IMG/VR virus record: IMGVR_UViG_3300030099_005838
Source: a virus
Direction: 5' to 3' (one strand)
Length of the DNA: 64,000 bases
Shown here: one piece after another, positions 19,890 through 30,577 of the stretch
How positions within the stretch are numbered: the stretch's first letter is position 1
Layout of the letters: every line of letters starts with the position of its first letter
Translations under genes and position numbers: made by a program
Notes under the pieces: model-generated
What the model saw: only the letters and a program-made list of their open reading frames with translations
The model's database searches: none
What the model was told of the DNA's origin: nothing

Positions 19890-21515
19890 ATGGCAAATTG
19901 GAAAAAAGTAATTGTAAGTGGTTCTGCTGCAGAACTCGCTTCTTTGCAATTAGACACTGCGTTACCAGTAGCACAGGGTGGTATTGGTGCAACATCTTTG
20001 ACGGATAAAGCGGTTCTAATATCGCAAGATAGTGGGACTGATGCAGTAGGTTCACTTGCCTTATCGAGTAATGGAAGTTTAATAATAGGTGGTACTAGTG
20101 GCCCTGCCGTAGAAGCAGCTAGTGATTTAGCTGGTTCAGGTTTAGCAGCAACCACAGGTGATGGGACTCTAGCTTTATCAATTGGTGCAGGAACTGGTAT
20201 AGATGTTGCAGCAGACGCAATCTCAGTTGATGTATCCGACTTTATGACAAATGGTTCTAACAATAGAATTGTTACGGCTACTGGTGCTGATGCAATGAAT
20301 GCAGAAGCAAATCTTACCTTTGATGGTAGTGGGTTAAGTGTTACAGGACATGTAAGTGCAAGTGGTAATATGAGCGGTTCTGCGTCGTCCACAGGTTCTT
20401 TTGGTAGATTACAAACCGCAGGTGCATCGGAAATTGGAGGCAATCTCACTCAAAAGGGTGGTACTTTTCTAATAGAGAGTTCTAATATACCAACAATAAA
20501 GAGTTTGTCTGGTCATCCATTAGTCATAGACCAAAGAAATCCTGTTGCTCCAACCGCAATATACAATCAGTTGAGATTCAATTCTTCTTTTGGTGCAGAA
20601 TTAAGACAATTTTCTACAACTCTCAAACTTTCTAACTCAACAGGTAATGCAAATTATTGGAAATTTGAACAAAACACTTTATCCACACCAGACGGAGTGG
20701 GAAATGTTAGTGGTTCAGCGACTTCAACCGGTTCATTTGGATTTATTACAGGTTCGAAAATTCAAGGTACTTTCTTAGGTGACGGTAATGCATTAGATTT
20801 GAGTTCAAATTCAACAATAGGTAGTAATATTTTCAGTACAGTAGCAGTCTCTGGACAATCAAATATAGTAGCAGATAGTAACTCCGACACACTAACACTA
20901 GCTGAATCTACAGGTTTAGGAATAACTACAAATGCAGGAAATGATACCGTAACATTCGCATTAGATTCTGCACAGACTACAATACAAACTATTTTTAATA
21001 CAGGATTAATTGTTGGTAGAGCTTCAGGTGATACAACAATAGATTTTACTGCAGATGATGTCATTGTGTTCGATGCAGGTGCTTCGGAAAAAATGAGAGT
21101 GGATACATCTGGTGTAGATATTACGGGTGCCTTAACGGTTAGTACTAATGCAACAATACAAGGTGACTTGGTTGTAAATGGAAGTACGACAACTTTATCA
21201 ACAACTAATTTAGCAGTTGGAGACCAATTCATATTCGCAGCAACCGGTTCTGCGGGTTCTAATGTGGATGCTGGATTGGTAGTACAAAGTGGTTCGGCAG
21301 CAAATACAGGTTCAGCTTTTTATCATGATATAAATTCACAAAGATGGGCAGTTGCAAAAACAGTAGCATCAAATGCTGTAGCAGTAACTCCTAACCAATT
21401 TGTTGGAACAATAACTTTAAATTCAAACCCACCATCAGATTCAGATGGTGAGTATGGTGTCGGCGAAATGTGGATAGAAACCGATACACAGGATATCTTT
21501 ATTAGAACAGGTTAA
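19890..21515 (+). CDS. Fibre-like virion protein
   Basis: MANWKKVIVSGS N-terminus shared with the 2925-aa protein; two SGSxxSTGSFG spacers; G/S/T/A-rich. Confidence 0.6.
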   Translation: MANWKKVIVSGSAAELASLQLDTALPVAQGGIGATSLTDKAVLISQDSGTDAVGSLALSSNGSLIIGGTSGPAVEAASDLAGSGLAATTGDGTLALSIGAGTGIDVAADAISVDVSDFMTNGSNNRIVTATGADAMNAEANLTFDGSGLSVTGHVSASGNMSGSASSTGSFGRLQTAGASEIGGNLTQKGGTFLIESSNIPTIKSLSGHPLVIDQRNPVAPTAIYNQLRFNSSFGAELRQFSTTLKLSNSTGNANYWKFEQNTLSTPDGVGNVSGSATSTGSFGFITGSKIQGTFLGDGNALDLSSNSTIGSNIFSTVAVSGQSNIVADSNSDTLTLAESTGLGITTNAGNDTVTFALDSAQTTIQTIFNTGLIVGRASGDTTIDFTADDVIVFDAGASEKMRVDTSGVDITGALTVSTNATIQGDLVVNGSTTTLSTTNLAVGDQFIFAATGSAGSNVDAGLVVQSGSAANTGSAFYHDINSQRWAVAKTVASNAVAVTPNQFVGTITLNSNPPSDSDGEYGVGEMWIETDTQDIFIRTG

Positions 21516-21530
21516 TTATAGAGGTTTTAT

Positions 21531-21737
21531 ATGGCTTTAAAAACAAGAGGTGGAATAAACATAGTAGGAAAGGAAGCTTATGTTCATCCACTTGAATTAG
21601 AGGATTTGGAATTTTTAATCAAAATGATTGCAAATACAAGTCATAAAGGTAGTGACATTGGTATGGTTATCAAAGTCACAGAAAAATTAAAAAAAGAGTA
21701 TGATGAAATAATTCAGATAAATACTCAAAAATCTTAA
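21531..21737 (+). CDS. Small hypothetical protein between fibre genes (possible chaperone)
   Basis: 68 aa, GAGG upstream; function inferred from position only. Confidence 0.45.
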   Translation: MALKTRGGINIVGKEAYVHPLELEDLEFLIKMIANTSHKGSDIGMVIKVTEKLKKEYDEIIQINTQKS

Positions 21738-21738
21738 T

Positions 21739-21779
21739 GTTGGCCCGTAAGGGAAGTGGGCTCATAAAGAGTAACCAAC
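21739..21779 (+). ncRNA. Candidate three-way-junction structured RNA leader of the 2925-aa fibre gene
   Basis: GTTGG/CCAAC closing stem, CCC-GTAA-GGG GNRA hairpin, (G)CTC-ATAAA-GAG(T) hairpin; GC-rich island just before the AGGAG SD. Confidence 0.45.
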
Positions 21780-21799
21780 CACGATTAGGAGTAAAGTAA

Positions 21800-24700
21800 A
21801 TGCCAAGTTGGAAAAAAGTAATAACATCTGGAAGTAATGCTGCACTGAATCACATAACTTCTTCCGGTAACATAAGTGGTTCGGCAACCTCAACAGGTTC
21901 GTTTGGCCAGTTAGACTTACTTAGTAAGGGAAGTTTAAGAATTAATCAAGGTGGTCGTGGTGACGAGGGTTCTGGAAATAACAATGGTATAACTTTATTT
22001 CAATCGACCACATTTACAGGTAATTTAACTACTACTGCTAATCTCTTCAGTCGTATTTTTGATGACAATAAATTAGTTTTAGCAAACCATTTTAATAACG
22101 CTGGTGGTGGGATATCCTTACGGACAATGGCTGGTGGCTCTCAAAACTCAGCTATTGATATAGCTGGAAATACAGGCATAACTACAATAAATAAAGGACT
22201 TGTAGTAAGAGACTCAGCAACAATAAACACCGATTTAATAGTTACAGGAAGTATAAGTGGTTCGTCATCCTCAACGGGTTCATTCAGTAGGGCAGAAATA
22301 GCTGGTACAGGTAAATTTGGTAAGATAGGTATCAATGTATCAAATCCAGGTGAAGCATTAGAAATCAATGCTGGTAAATTAAAATTCTCAGGTCATGCCT
22401 CAGGTTTCGGAGCAGGGATGATCGGAATGACATCCAATTTTTTAGCACTGGTTGGTGGTTCTAACGGTATAGTGATAAATGGTGATAGCAACGGACTAGA
22501 TAAAAATAGCTTTACATTCACTGCTGCAAAAATAAGTGGCTCATCAACCTCAACTGGTTCTTTTGGTAGACTGGAACTTGGACAATCAAATGGTGCTCCA
22601 ATGGCAGTATATGGAAATGTTGGTACTGCAGGTATAAGACTTGAAAATTATAAAGGCTATCTTGAAATTGATCCTCACACTTCCACAGTTAACATAACTT
22701 CAAATAAAAATGAGATACAATTTCAGAATAGAATTGGCGCCAGATTTGGAATTACAGGCTACTCAACTAGTGATTTAGTATTTTTTACAAATAGTGGGAA
22801 TACAACTCATGCAACTTTTAGTCCTACAACCGGAACATCATTTACGCAAAATATAACAGGTAGTGGAAACTTAGAGATAGCTGGAAACATAAGTGGTTCA
22901 TCAACCTCAACTGGTTCGTTTGGTATGGGGTATTTCAACCAATTAGGAATATTAAATAAAAATCCATCTATACAGACTTCAGATGCTGATGATTTGGTTA
23001 TTGGGGATGGTGCTAGTGGAGTAAGTAGAGGAATCACTATATTCACAAGTGCTGGTAATAGTCTTGGCTCAATTCGTTTTAGTGACGACACAAGTGGAAG
23101 TTCAAGAAGAAGAGGTGAAATAAGATATGACCATGCTGATGATACCTTAACATTAGCAGCTAGTAAGACTGAGGTATTGGAAATTACTAGTGGTGGTGGA
23201 TTAGAAGTATTAACTGGAAACATAAGTGGTTCATCAACATCAACTGGTTCGTTTGGCACACTCGAAACACATGCTAATTCATCTAGTTCCTTTGGTGGTA
23301 GATTGAAAATAACGGGTGATATTATACCAGAAAATGATAATAAATGGAGATTAGGAGTTCTTGCTGGTTTTGGTGCTTGGAAGGAAATTCATAGTTATCA
23401 ACTTAATTTAAACAATGGAACTATAACAGGTCAAAATGGTGGTGATATTCATTTAAAAGCTGGTAGCGGCCCCACCGGTCAGTTATTTTTAGCAAGAAGT
23501 GGTGGTGGTAATGGTGTAGGAGTTCATACAAATTCACCTAATAGTAATACATTTCATGTAGCGGCATCAGGTGGTATTTTTTCAGAAAACAACATAAGTG
23601 GTTCAGCAGGTTCAACTGGTTCGTTTGGTTCAGTCCACACATCGGGCCAAATAGGAATACAAACAACTGCACCAAAGAAAGCTCTTACGGTTAAAGCAAG
23701 CGGTAACGATGATGGAATAGCACTTCTTGCAAGTAATGGTCAATTTGCTGCTCTTCTTCACCAACAAGACAATGATGCCGGAATGTTAAGATTACATGAT
23801 GATTCTTCAACCACAAAAATTGCTTTTAATGCTGATGATGGAGCTGATTCCTTCATTAACAATGGTGGAAGCTTTGGCATCGGCACCACAAGTCCAGATG
23901 GGTTAGTACATGCCTTTAGTGGAAATGCATCTCAAACAGCAAATGCGGCTGCAAATCAACTAATTGCAGAAAATAACACAAATGCTGGTGTCTCTATTTT
24001 GTCAGGTACAAGTCATAGTGGTGCAATATATTTTGGAGATTCTGGTAATGCTAAAATAGGAACTATAATTTATGACCACGGAGATGAACAGTTAAGGATT
24101 GGAGTAAACGATGCTGTTATTTTAACATTAACGGATTCAAAAATAAGTGGTTCATCAACCTCAACTGGTTCGTTTGGAAAGTTGTCTGTTGGCAGTGGTA
24201 ATATCACAACTTCAGGTAATATGGTACTTGATGCAGATGGTGCACAGATTAGATTGCAGGATGGTGGAACAGAGTTTGGTAGGATAAGTAGAGTCTCTTC
24301 GGACCTGGTTATAAAATCAATAAGTAATAATAATGATATATTGTTTAAAGGAGTCGATGGTGGTGGTACAATAACTGCACTACAGTTGGATATGTCAGAG
24401 GGTGGTAATGCAATATTTAGTGGGAATGCTACTGTACCTGGAACTTTAGCAGTTGATACCAATACATTATATGTAGATTCTTCAGCAAATAAAGTTGGAA
24501 TAAAAAGAATTGATCCCCAGTTCGAATTGGATGTTATCGGTGATATAAGAGCTACTGGTGATGTCATTGCAAAAAGGTATGTAATTAGTTCTTCTGTAAG
24601 TCACATTACATCAAGTTTCTCAAGTGGCTCAACAATTTTTGGTGATACTATCGCCGATACACATCGGTTCACAGGCTCGTTGAGTGTAACTGGCAGTGGT

Positions 24701-27700
24701 GATAAAGTTTTTGAAGTTGCATCTTTTTCAGGTGCGGTGCCAAGATTTAGAATAGATAATGATGCTACCAATACAATTGGTATCAATACAACTCCATCAA
24801 CAGGTTTGGTTGCTATAAGGTCGACTGGTAATGACGCTAATCAACTTTCTTTTCTAAACGGAGCTGGTACACATACAGGTGGATTCTATGATGCGGGTGG
24901 AAGATTAATATTACAATTAAAAAATTCAAGTGGTGCTACAAAGGTAAATATTGAACCCGGCGGTGATTCATATTTTAATGGTGGCAATGTCGGCATCGGT
25001 ATCACAAGTCCCGAAGGTTTATTACATATCTTTACTGCAGATGCCTCAATCGCACCAAATGTTGATGCGGATGAATTAGTTGTAGAGAATAGCGGTAATG
25101 CTGGTATTTCTATATTAAGTGGAAACACTTCTAATGGTGCTATATACTTTGGTGATGCTCAAGACAATAATATAGGTATGATTGATTATGACCATGCACT
25201 TAATAAAATTTCTCTTACGGCTGGTGCTACAACTCTTCCTGTATTTTCAGTTACAAGTAACACTGCAGAGTTTGGTCCTACTGTACTAAAAGTAAGTGGT
25301 TCATCAACCTCAACTGGATCGTTTGGTTCGTTGGTTATTTCCGATGCTATTCAAGGAGGTGGGAATGTTAAAGGTGGAGACTTTCAAATTAGTGCAAATG
25401 ATTTAGTAGTAGACGGTTTGGCAAATGCCACAGAAAGAGGTTTAGTGATTAAACATAGTGGTATGACTAGCAATACGGTTTCCTTAGTTCAAGATGCGAA
25501 CAATTCAAGGGGTGAATTGAATACAAAAAACAGGTCACTTTTTATTCAGGCAGGAACTGATGGTTTTGGTTCTGGTGAGAGGTTTAGAATATTGGTGAAC
25601 CAAATCGCGAGTCAAGATATTTTAAATGATGGAACAGTATTATTTCCTGTTGCTAATCAAAAAATAAGTGGTTCATCAAGCTCAACGGGGTCGTTTGGGC
25701 ATTTATTTATTGGACATAAAACTGGAAATGGTCATGCTAAGATAAGACTTTCGGCCGAAGCAGATACTAGTGGTGAAAGAGCGATAGAATTTTTTGAAGG
25801 TTCATTTAACAGATGGAGAATAGCTAATAGGGGAGCTAATGGTAATTTTAATATAGAAAGAAGTACAGATGGTACTACATTTGAATCCACACCTGTTTTG
25901 AGTATAGAAAAATCAAGTGGAAATGTAGAATTTCCTGTTGCTAATCAAAAAATAAGTGGTTCAGCAACATCAACCGGTTCTTTTGGTAGAATTGATGTAG
26001 CAGGTAAATTGTTTGTAGGTGGTTCTGAAGTGGGTGCTGGTGGCGGTGGTGGTAGCGCGGATAACTTGGGTAATCATACTGCAACACAAGATTTAGATTT
26101 AAATAGTAAATCAATTAAAAATATAATTCACATTACAGGTAGTGGAAACATAAGTGGTTCTACAACAACCACAGCATCATTTGGAAGTTTACAACTTCAT
26201 GGAAAAACAATACACACCACTAAGGCAAGTAAGGTTGGATTAGGTACAACTAACCCGTTAGGAAATAAACTACACATTCATGTTGGTGATTCTGGCACAG
26301 ATACAGTCACAACAAACAGTAGTTTAGTAATAGAAAGTAATACAAACAACTTTATACAAATGTTGAATCCAAACGGAAACAATAGTGGTATTATATTTGG
26401 TGAGCATAATGATATAGATATTGCAAGTATATTACATGACGGTGGGGATAACTCATTAAGATTTAATGTTGCAGCTGCAGAAAGAATTAGAATAAACGGT
26501 TCAGGTAATGTCGGCATCGGCACAACAAGTCCTTCTAAAACATTTCATGTCTACGCAAATGTATCAAGCGATTATGCCGCTCTCGTAGAAAACGACCAGG
26601 CAACAAGCGGACATGGACTACAAATACATAGTGATGGTAATGGAAGTGGAACAATACTATTTGATGTAGATGCCGCTGGCTCAAGTAGATTTAGAGTCAG
26701 AGGTGATGGTAGTGTATTGGTTGGATTTACAACATCTCAAGCTGAAAAGTTAGCCGTCAATGGTGATTTCAGAGCAACTGGAAACATAAGCGGTTCATCA
26801 ACCTCAACCGGTTCGTTCGGACATGTAATGCAAGATGGTAAAGGTTTACCACCACAATTTACAACAGGAAGTTCTATATTCATTGGTGAAAATGCTGGTG
26901 CTTCTGATGATGGTTCTAATAATAGAAATATCGGAATTGGTAAAAATGCTTTAGACGCTGCTACTACAGGACATTTAAACATCGCTATTGGTGATGATGC
27001 TCTAACTGATGTTACAACAGGAAATCATAATGTAGCAATAGGATTTGAATCACAAAAAGATACGACAGGTGGAAATAATACATCTGTTGGATATAACTCA
27101 TTAGAATTTAACACTTCAGGAAATAACAATGTCGCCATAGGTTATGCTGCTGCGGGTGGATTTACTTATTCCGGAGCTGATAATGTTGCTATAGGATTTG
27201 CGGCACTTGGTGGAAATAATGTGTCAGGAGATTTTAATATTGCTATTGGGAAACAGGCATTATATGCTAATACTACTGCAGATGACAATCTGGCAATTGG
27301 AGACTTTGCACTTACCAGTGTAGGTACAGATGCTAACTCTAGTAGAAATCTTGCAATAGGTTCTGAAGCACTAAGACATATTGTATATACTGCTGGTTCA
27401 AGTGGTTTCAACAATACTGCTTTAGGTTGGAACGCAGGAACAAGGTTTGGAGATAATGCAGGAAACTTAACAAGTGCAAGTTATGGTGTATATATCGGAC
27501 ACACAACTTATCCACTTGAAAATAATTCATATAACGAAATATTAATAGGTAGTCAAGTAAGGGGTAAAGGTTCAAATACGGCTACAATAGGTGATGGTAA
27601 CATTACAGACATTTATTTGAGTCAAGACCAAGGTGCAACTGTTCATACAGGTAATGTGAGTGGTTCAGCAACTTCAACTGGATCGTTTGGTAGAGTTTTC

Positions 27701-30577
27701 TCTGCAGATGATATTGAGTTGAAGGGTAATGCGGTAATTTTCAATATTTCAGATGGTTTTGTAACAAACGCTGGCGGAGCAATGACCATACAAGGAACTG
27801 GTAATGTGGTATTGGATGCTGGAGCTGGTGCTGATGAAGTTACATTAACAACAACATCACTTACAACAACAGTACCCTTTACAGGTTCAAGTGCTACATT
27901 TTCAGATAATGTAGAAATAATAAGCAGTAATGCATCAAATACAAAATTATTAATTGAAAATAACCATGCAAGTGCAAACGCTTTATTGCAGATTGATTCT
28001 TCAAATGATAGAGATTCAGTTATTCAATTACTTGAAAATGGTACTGCAAAATGGGATATAAGAAATGATGGTAATGATTCTGATAAATTAAAAATATCTG
28101 ATGATGGTCTTGTTAGAGTTACCTTAGATCAATCAGGTCAATTCGGCATCGGCACCACAAGTCCTCAAAAAGATTTACATCTTCATCAAAACAACAGTAA
28201 TACATTATTTGAAGCGCTTACAATCCGAACCAACTCAGCCGGAGAAGGATTAACTTTAGGTATTAATTCTACAAACGATGGATTTATTACCAGTCAAGTG
28301 GGTACAGCTCTAAGATTAGCTGGTGATAGTCAATCATATGCAACCGGTCATTTGTTGATTTACTCTGGCTCTGGTGATATAGAAGCCGTCAAAGGAAACA
28401 TAAGTGGTTCATCAACCTCAACCGGTTCGTTTGGAAAACTATTAGGTGATGGTAGTGATTTAACAGGTATAACTTCTTTCGCTGGTTCAGCCGGAACTGA
28501 AACATCTTTTAGTGGCTCAGCAGCCTCAACTGGTTCGTTTGGTGCAATAGGAATATTGACTCCTCCTACAAAACCATTTCACATAAATTCTTCAGGTGTA
28601 CACAGACCTATGCTTATTAAGTCTACAGGAGATCAAAATACGTTTATCGTAATGGATTCTAATAGGTCTGGTGCTGCATCTTTTACGGGTGGTATTGTTG
28701 GAAAATGGAACGGAACAGAAGTTTCATCTATCTATTTCAGAACTGGTGCTGATACAACAAATAAAGACGACGGATACATATCATTTCAAACTGCTGGCGA
28801 CGGTTCAGCATCTGAAAGAATGATAATTACAACTGGCGGAAAAGTTGGAATCGGAGGTCAATCACATGCAAATGTTGATGGCCTACTTCATGTTCATACC
28901 GGTACTGCAGGTTCTGTAACTTCTCCAGCTGTCGCAGATGATTTAGTTGTAGAAAATAGTGATCATGCAGGAATATCGATATTATCACCAGATGATAAAT
29001 TTGGAACATTAGGCTTCGGTAGTCCATCAGACTCAATAGCGGCTATGGTAAGATTCGATGAAGCCAATAAACGAATGATTATTGGAACAGTTGAAGGAAC
29101 AAGTGCTGGAAACATAAGGTTTGTTGTTGGAAATGAAACTACTGCTGCAGAAATTGATAGCAGTAAAAATTTAACATTATTTGGAAACATAAGCGGCTCA
29201 TCAACCTCAACTGGTTCTTTTGGTTCATTGGTTGTTGCTGATAAAGTACAAGGTGATTTAACAGTTGTTGGTAATGTAGTGGCTGAACAATACATTATAT
29301 CATCTTCTGTGACTCATCTGACTCAATCGTTTAGTAGTGGTTCAACCATATTTGGTGATACTTCAGATGATACCCATCGATTCACAGGTTCATTAAATGT
29401 TGATGGAAATATACAAAGCACTTCAGGTGATAATTTAAGTATCGGTACATCTTGGTCACCCGCTGGAACTTATGGAGTAGGCCGCTTTCATGGAGCACAT
29501 AACGGTGGTGGTACTCGTGTTATGTTCAGTAATGCTAATAGTAGTGTTAGATACGGTATTGTCATGCATGGTTCAGATACAGGAACTGCCGATAAGTTAG
29601 GCATCGGTTTGTTACTGAATGAGAATGCTACTTTTGCAAATGCATCTCCAGCAATGACGATAGATTCTAGTAAAAACATCGGGATGGGAACTCAAAGTCC
29701 TTCCACTAAACTGCATGTTTTTAGTTCAGGAAATGGTGGAATAGAAATAGATGGTTCAGGTGGTGCTCCAACACTATTTTTTGATATTCCTGGTAATGAA
29801 CAAGGAAGAATTTACTTTCAAGAAGATGATACACTACTCGGTGGTATAGTTTATGAGACAACAAGCACAGATTATTTGTCTTTTAGAGTAGGAGGTTCAA
29901 GTGCTAATGTTGAAAGACTTCGTATCACAGGTGATAATAAGATAAGTGGTTCAGCAACCTCAACTGGTTCGTTTGGTTCAGTTGAATCTGCTGGAAATAG
30001 TAGAATAAAAGGATTATTAAATGTTGAGGGTTCAAATGGTTTTGCAATAGGTTCACTTGCAGATGTAAAGAGAATTGATTCTGCAGGAAGTAGTAATAAT
30101 ACATTTAGATTCTTAGCAGCTAACGGACAATTTACAGGTATACATGCCAAACAGGCACTTTTTACTGATAATGTTATAGTCGCTGGTAACGTAAGCGGTT
30201 CAGCAACCTCAACTGGTTCGTTTGGTGCATTATCCGTACCTGGTCAGGCCACCATAGGTAGTGTGGTAGAAGCGTCTTCTATTATGTATAAAGAAAATGT
30301 CAAACAGATAGAAAGTCCATTAGAAAAGATAACAAAACTTCGTGGTGTAGAATTTGATTATAAAAAAACTAACGAACATAGTATAGGTATGATTGCAGAA
30401 GAAGTAAATGAAATATTTCCTGAACTTGTTGCAAAAAATGAGGATGGGGATGTAACTGCAATGTCTTACACAAGAATGACTGCGGTGTTATTAGAAGCAG
30501 TAAAAGAATTATCTGCTGAAGTCAAAGAACTTAGGAAACTTAATAATTATAGTAAATCAGGAGATAAAAAGAAATGA
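21800..30577 (+). CDS. Giant modular fibre-like protein with a C-terminal Peptidase_S74-type intramolecular chaperone
   Basis: About 18 SGSxxSTGSFG spacers; YadA-head-like NxAIGxxAL repeats (~26860-27640); C-terminus SSIMYKENV...LRGVEFDYK...GMIAEEV...PELV...LLEAVKEL. Confidence 0.8.
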   Translation: MPSWKKVITSGSNAALNHITSSGNISGSATSTGSFGQLDLLSKGSLRINQGGRGDEGSGNNNGITLFQSTTFTGNLTTTANLFSRIFDDNKLVLANHFNNAGGGISLRTMAGGSQNSAIDIAGNTGITTINKGLVVRDSATINTDLIVTGSISGSSSSTGSFSRAEIAGTGKFGKIGINVSNPGEALEINAGKLKFSGHASGFGAGMIGMTSNFLALVGGSNGIVINGDSNGLDKNSFTFTAAKISGSSTSTGSFGRLELGQSNGAPMAVYGNVGTAGIRLENYKGYLEIDPHTSTVNITSNKNEIQFQNRIGARFGITGYSTSDLVFFTNSGNTTHATFSPTTGTSFTQNITGSGNLEIAGNISGSSTSTGSFGMGYFNQLGILNKNPSIQTSDADDLVIGDGASGVSRGITIFTSAGNSLGSIRFSDDTSGSSRRRGEIRYDHADDTLTLAASKTEVLEITSGGGLEVLTGNISGSSTSTGSFGTLETHANSSSSFGGRLKITGDIIPENDNKWRLGVLAGFGAWKEIHSYQLNLNNGTITGQNGGDIHLKAGSGPTGQLFLARSGGGNGVGVHTNSPNSNTFHVAASGGIFSENNISGSAGSTGSFGSVHTSGQIGIQTTAPKKALTVKASGNDDGIALLASNGQFAALLHQQDNDAGMLRLHDDSSTTKIAFNADDGADSFINNGGSFGIGTTSPDGLVHAFSGNASQTANAAANQLIAENNTNAGVSILSGTSHSGAIYFGDSGNAKIGTIIYDHGDEQLRIGVNDAVILTLTDSKISGSSTSTGSFGKLSVGSGNITTSGNMVLDADGAQIRLQDGGTEFGRISRVSSDLVIKSISNNNDILFKGVDGGGTITALQLDMSEGGNAIFSGNATVPGTLAVDTNTLYVDSSANKVGIKRIDPQFELDVIGDIRATGDVIAKRYVISSSVSHITSSFSSGSTIFGDTIADTHRFTGSLSVTGSGDKVFEVASFSGAVPRFRIDNDATNTIGINTTPSTGLVAIRSTGNDANQLSFLNGAGTHTGGFYDAGGRLILQLKNSSGATKVNIEPGGDSYFNGGNVGIGITSPEGLLHIFTADASIAPNVDADELVVENSGNAGISILSGNTSNGAIYFGDAQDNNIGMIDYDHALNKISLTAGATTLPVFSVTSNTAEFGPTVLKVSGSSTSTGSFGSLVISDAIQGGGNVKGGDFQISANDLVVDGLANATERGLVIKHSGMTSNTVSLVQDANNSRGELNTKNRSLFIQAGTDGFGSGERFRILVNQIASQDILNDGTVLFPVANQKISGSSSSTGSFGHLFIGHKTGNGHAKIRLSAEADTSGERAIEFFEGSFNRWRIANRGANGNFNIERSTDGTTFESTPVLSIEKSSGNVEFPVANQKISGSATSTGSFGRIDVAGKLFVGGSEVGAGGGGGSADNLGNHTATQDLDLNSKSIKNIIHITGSGNISGSTTTTASFGSLQLHGKTIHTTKASKVGLGTTNPLGNKLHIHVGDSGTDTVTTNSSLVIESNTNNFIQMLNPNGNNSGIIFGEHNDIDIASILHDGGDNSLRFNVAAAERIRINGSGNVGIGTTSPSKTFHVYANVSSDYAALVENDQATSGHGLQIHSDGNGSGTILFDVDAAGSSRFRVRGDGSVLVGFTTSQAEKLAVNGDFRATGNISGSSTSTGSFGHVMQDGKGLPPQFTTGSSIFIGENAGASDDGSNNRNIGIGKNALDAATTGHLNIAIGDDALTDVTTGNHNVAIGFESQKDTTGGNNTSVGYNSLEFNTSGNNNVAIGYAAAGGFTYSGADNVAIGFAALGGNNVSGDFNIAIGKQALYANTTADDNLAIGDFALTSVGTDANSSRNLAIGSEALRHIVYTAGSSGFNNTALGWNAGTRFGDNAGNLTSASYGVYIGHTTYPLENNSYNEILIGSQVRGKGSNTATIGDGNITDIYLSQDQGATVHTGNVSGSATSTGSFGRVFSADDIELKGNAVIFNISDGFVTNAGGAMTIQGTGNVVLDAGAGADEVTLTTTSLTTTVPFTGSSATFSDNVEIISSNASNTKLLIENNHASANALLQIDSSNDRDSVIQLLENGTAKWDIRNDGNDSDKLKISDDGLVRVTLDQSGQFGIGTTSPQKDLHLHQNNSNTLFEALTIRTNSAGEGLTLGINSTNDGFITSQVGTALRLAGDSQSYATGHLLIYSGSGDIEAVKGNISGSSTSTGSFGKLLGDGSDLTGITSFAGSAGTETSFSGSAASTGSFGAIGILTPPTKPFHINSSGVHRPMLIKSTGDQNTFIVMDSNRSGAASFTGGIVGKWNGTEVSSIYFRTGADTTNKDDGYISFQTAGDGSASERMIITTGGKVGIGGQSHANVDGLLHVHTGTAGSVTSPAVADDLVVENSDHAGISILSPDDKFGTLGFGSPSDSIAAMVRFDEANKRMIIGTVEGTSAGNIRFVVGNETTAAEIDSSKNLTLFGNISGSSTSTGSFGSLVVADKVQGDLTVVGNVVAEQYIISSSVTHLTQSFSSGSTIFGDTSDDTHRFTGSLNVDGNIQSTSGDNLSIGTSWSPAGTYGVGRFHGAHNGGGTRVMFSNANSSVRYGIVMHGSDTGTADKLGIGLLLNENATFANASPAMTIDSSKNIGMGTQSPSTKLHVFSSGNGGIEIDGSGGAPTLFFDIPGNEQGRIYFQEDDTLLGGIVYETTSTDYLSFRVGGSSANVERLRITGDNKISGSATSTGSFGSVESAGNSRIKGLLNVEGSNGFAIGSLADVKRIDSAGSSNNTFRFLAANGQFTGIHAKQALFTDNVIVAGNVSGSATSTGSFGALSVPGQATIGSVVEASSIMYKENVKQIESPLEKITKLRGVEFDYKKTNEHSIGMIAEEVNEIFPELVAKNEDGDVTAMSYTRMTAVLLEAVKELSAEVKELRKLNNYSKSGDKKK

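Noticed and set aside
21739-21780. c-di-GMP-II or ribozyme identity for the structured leader
   Set aside because: It shares only short words (UGGGC, CAACC); the GCAC/GUGC pseudoknot and ribozyme cores are not evident, so it is left unassigned
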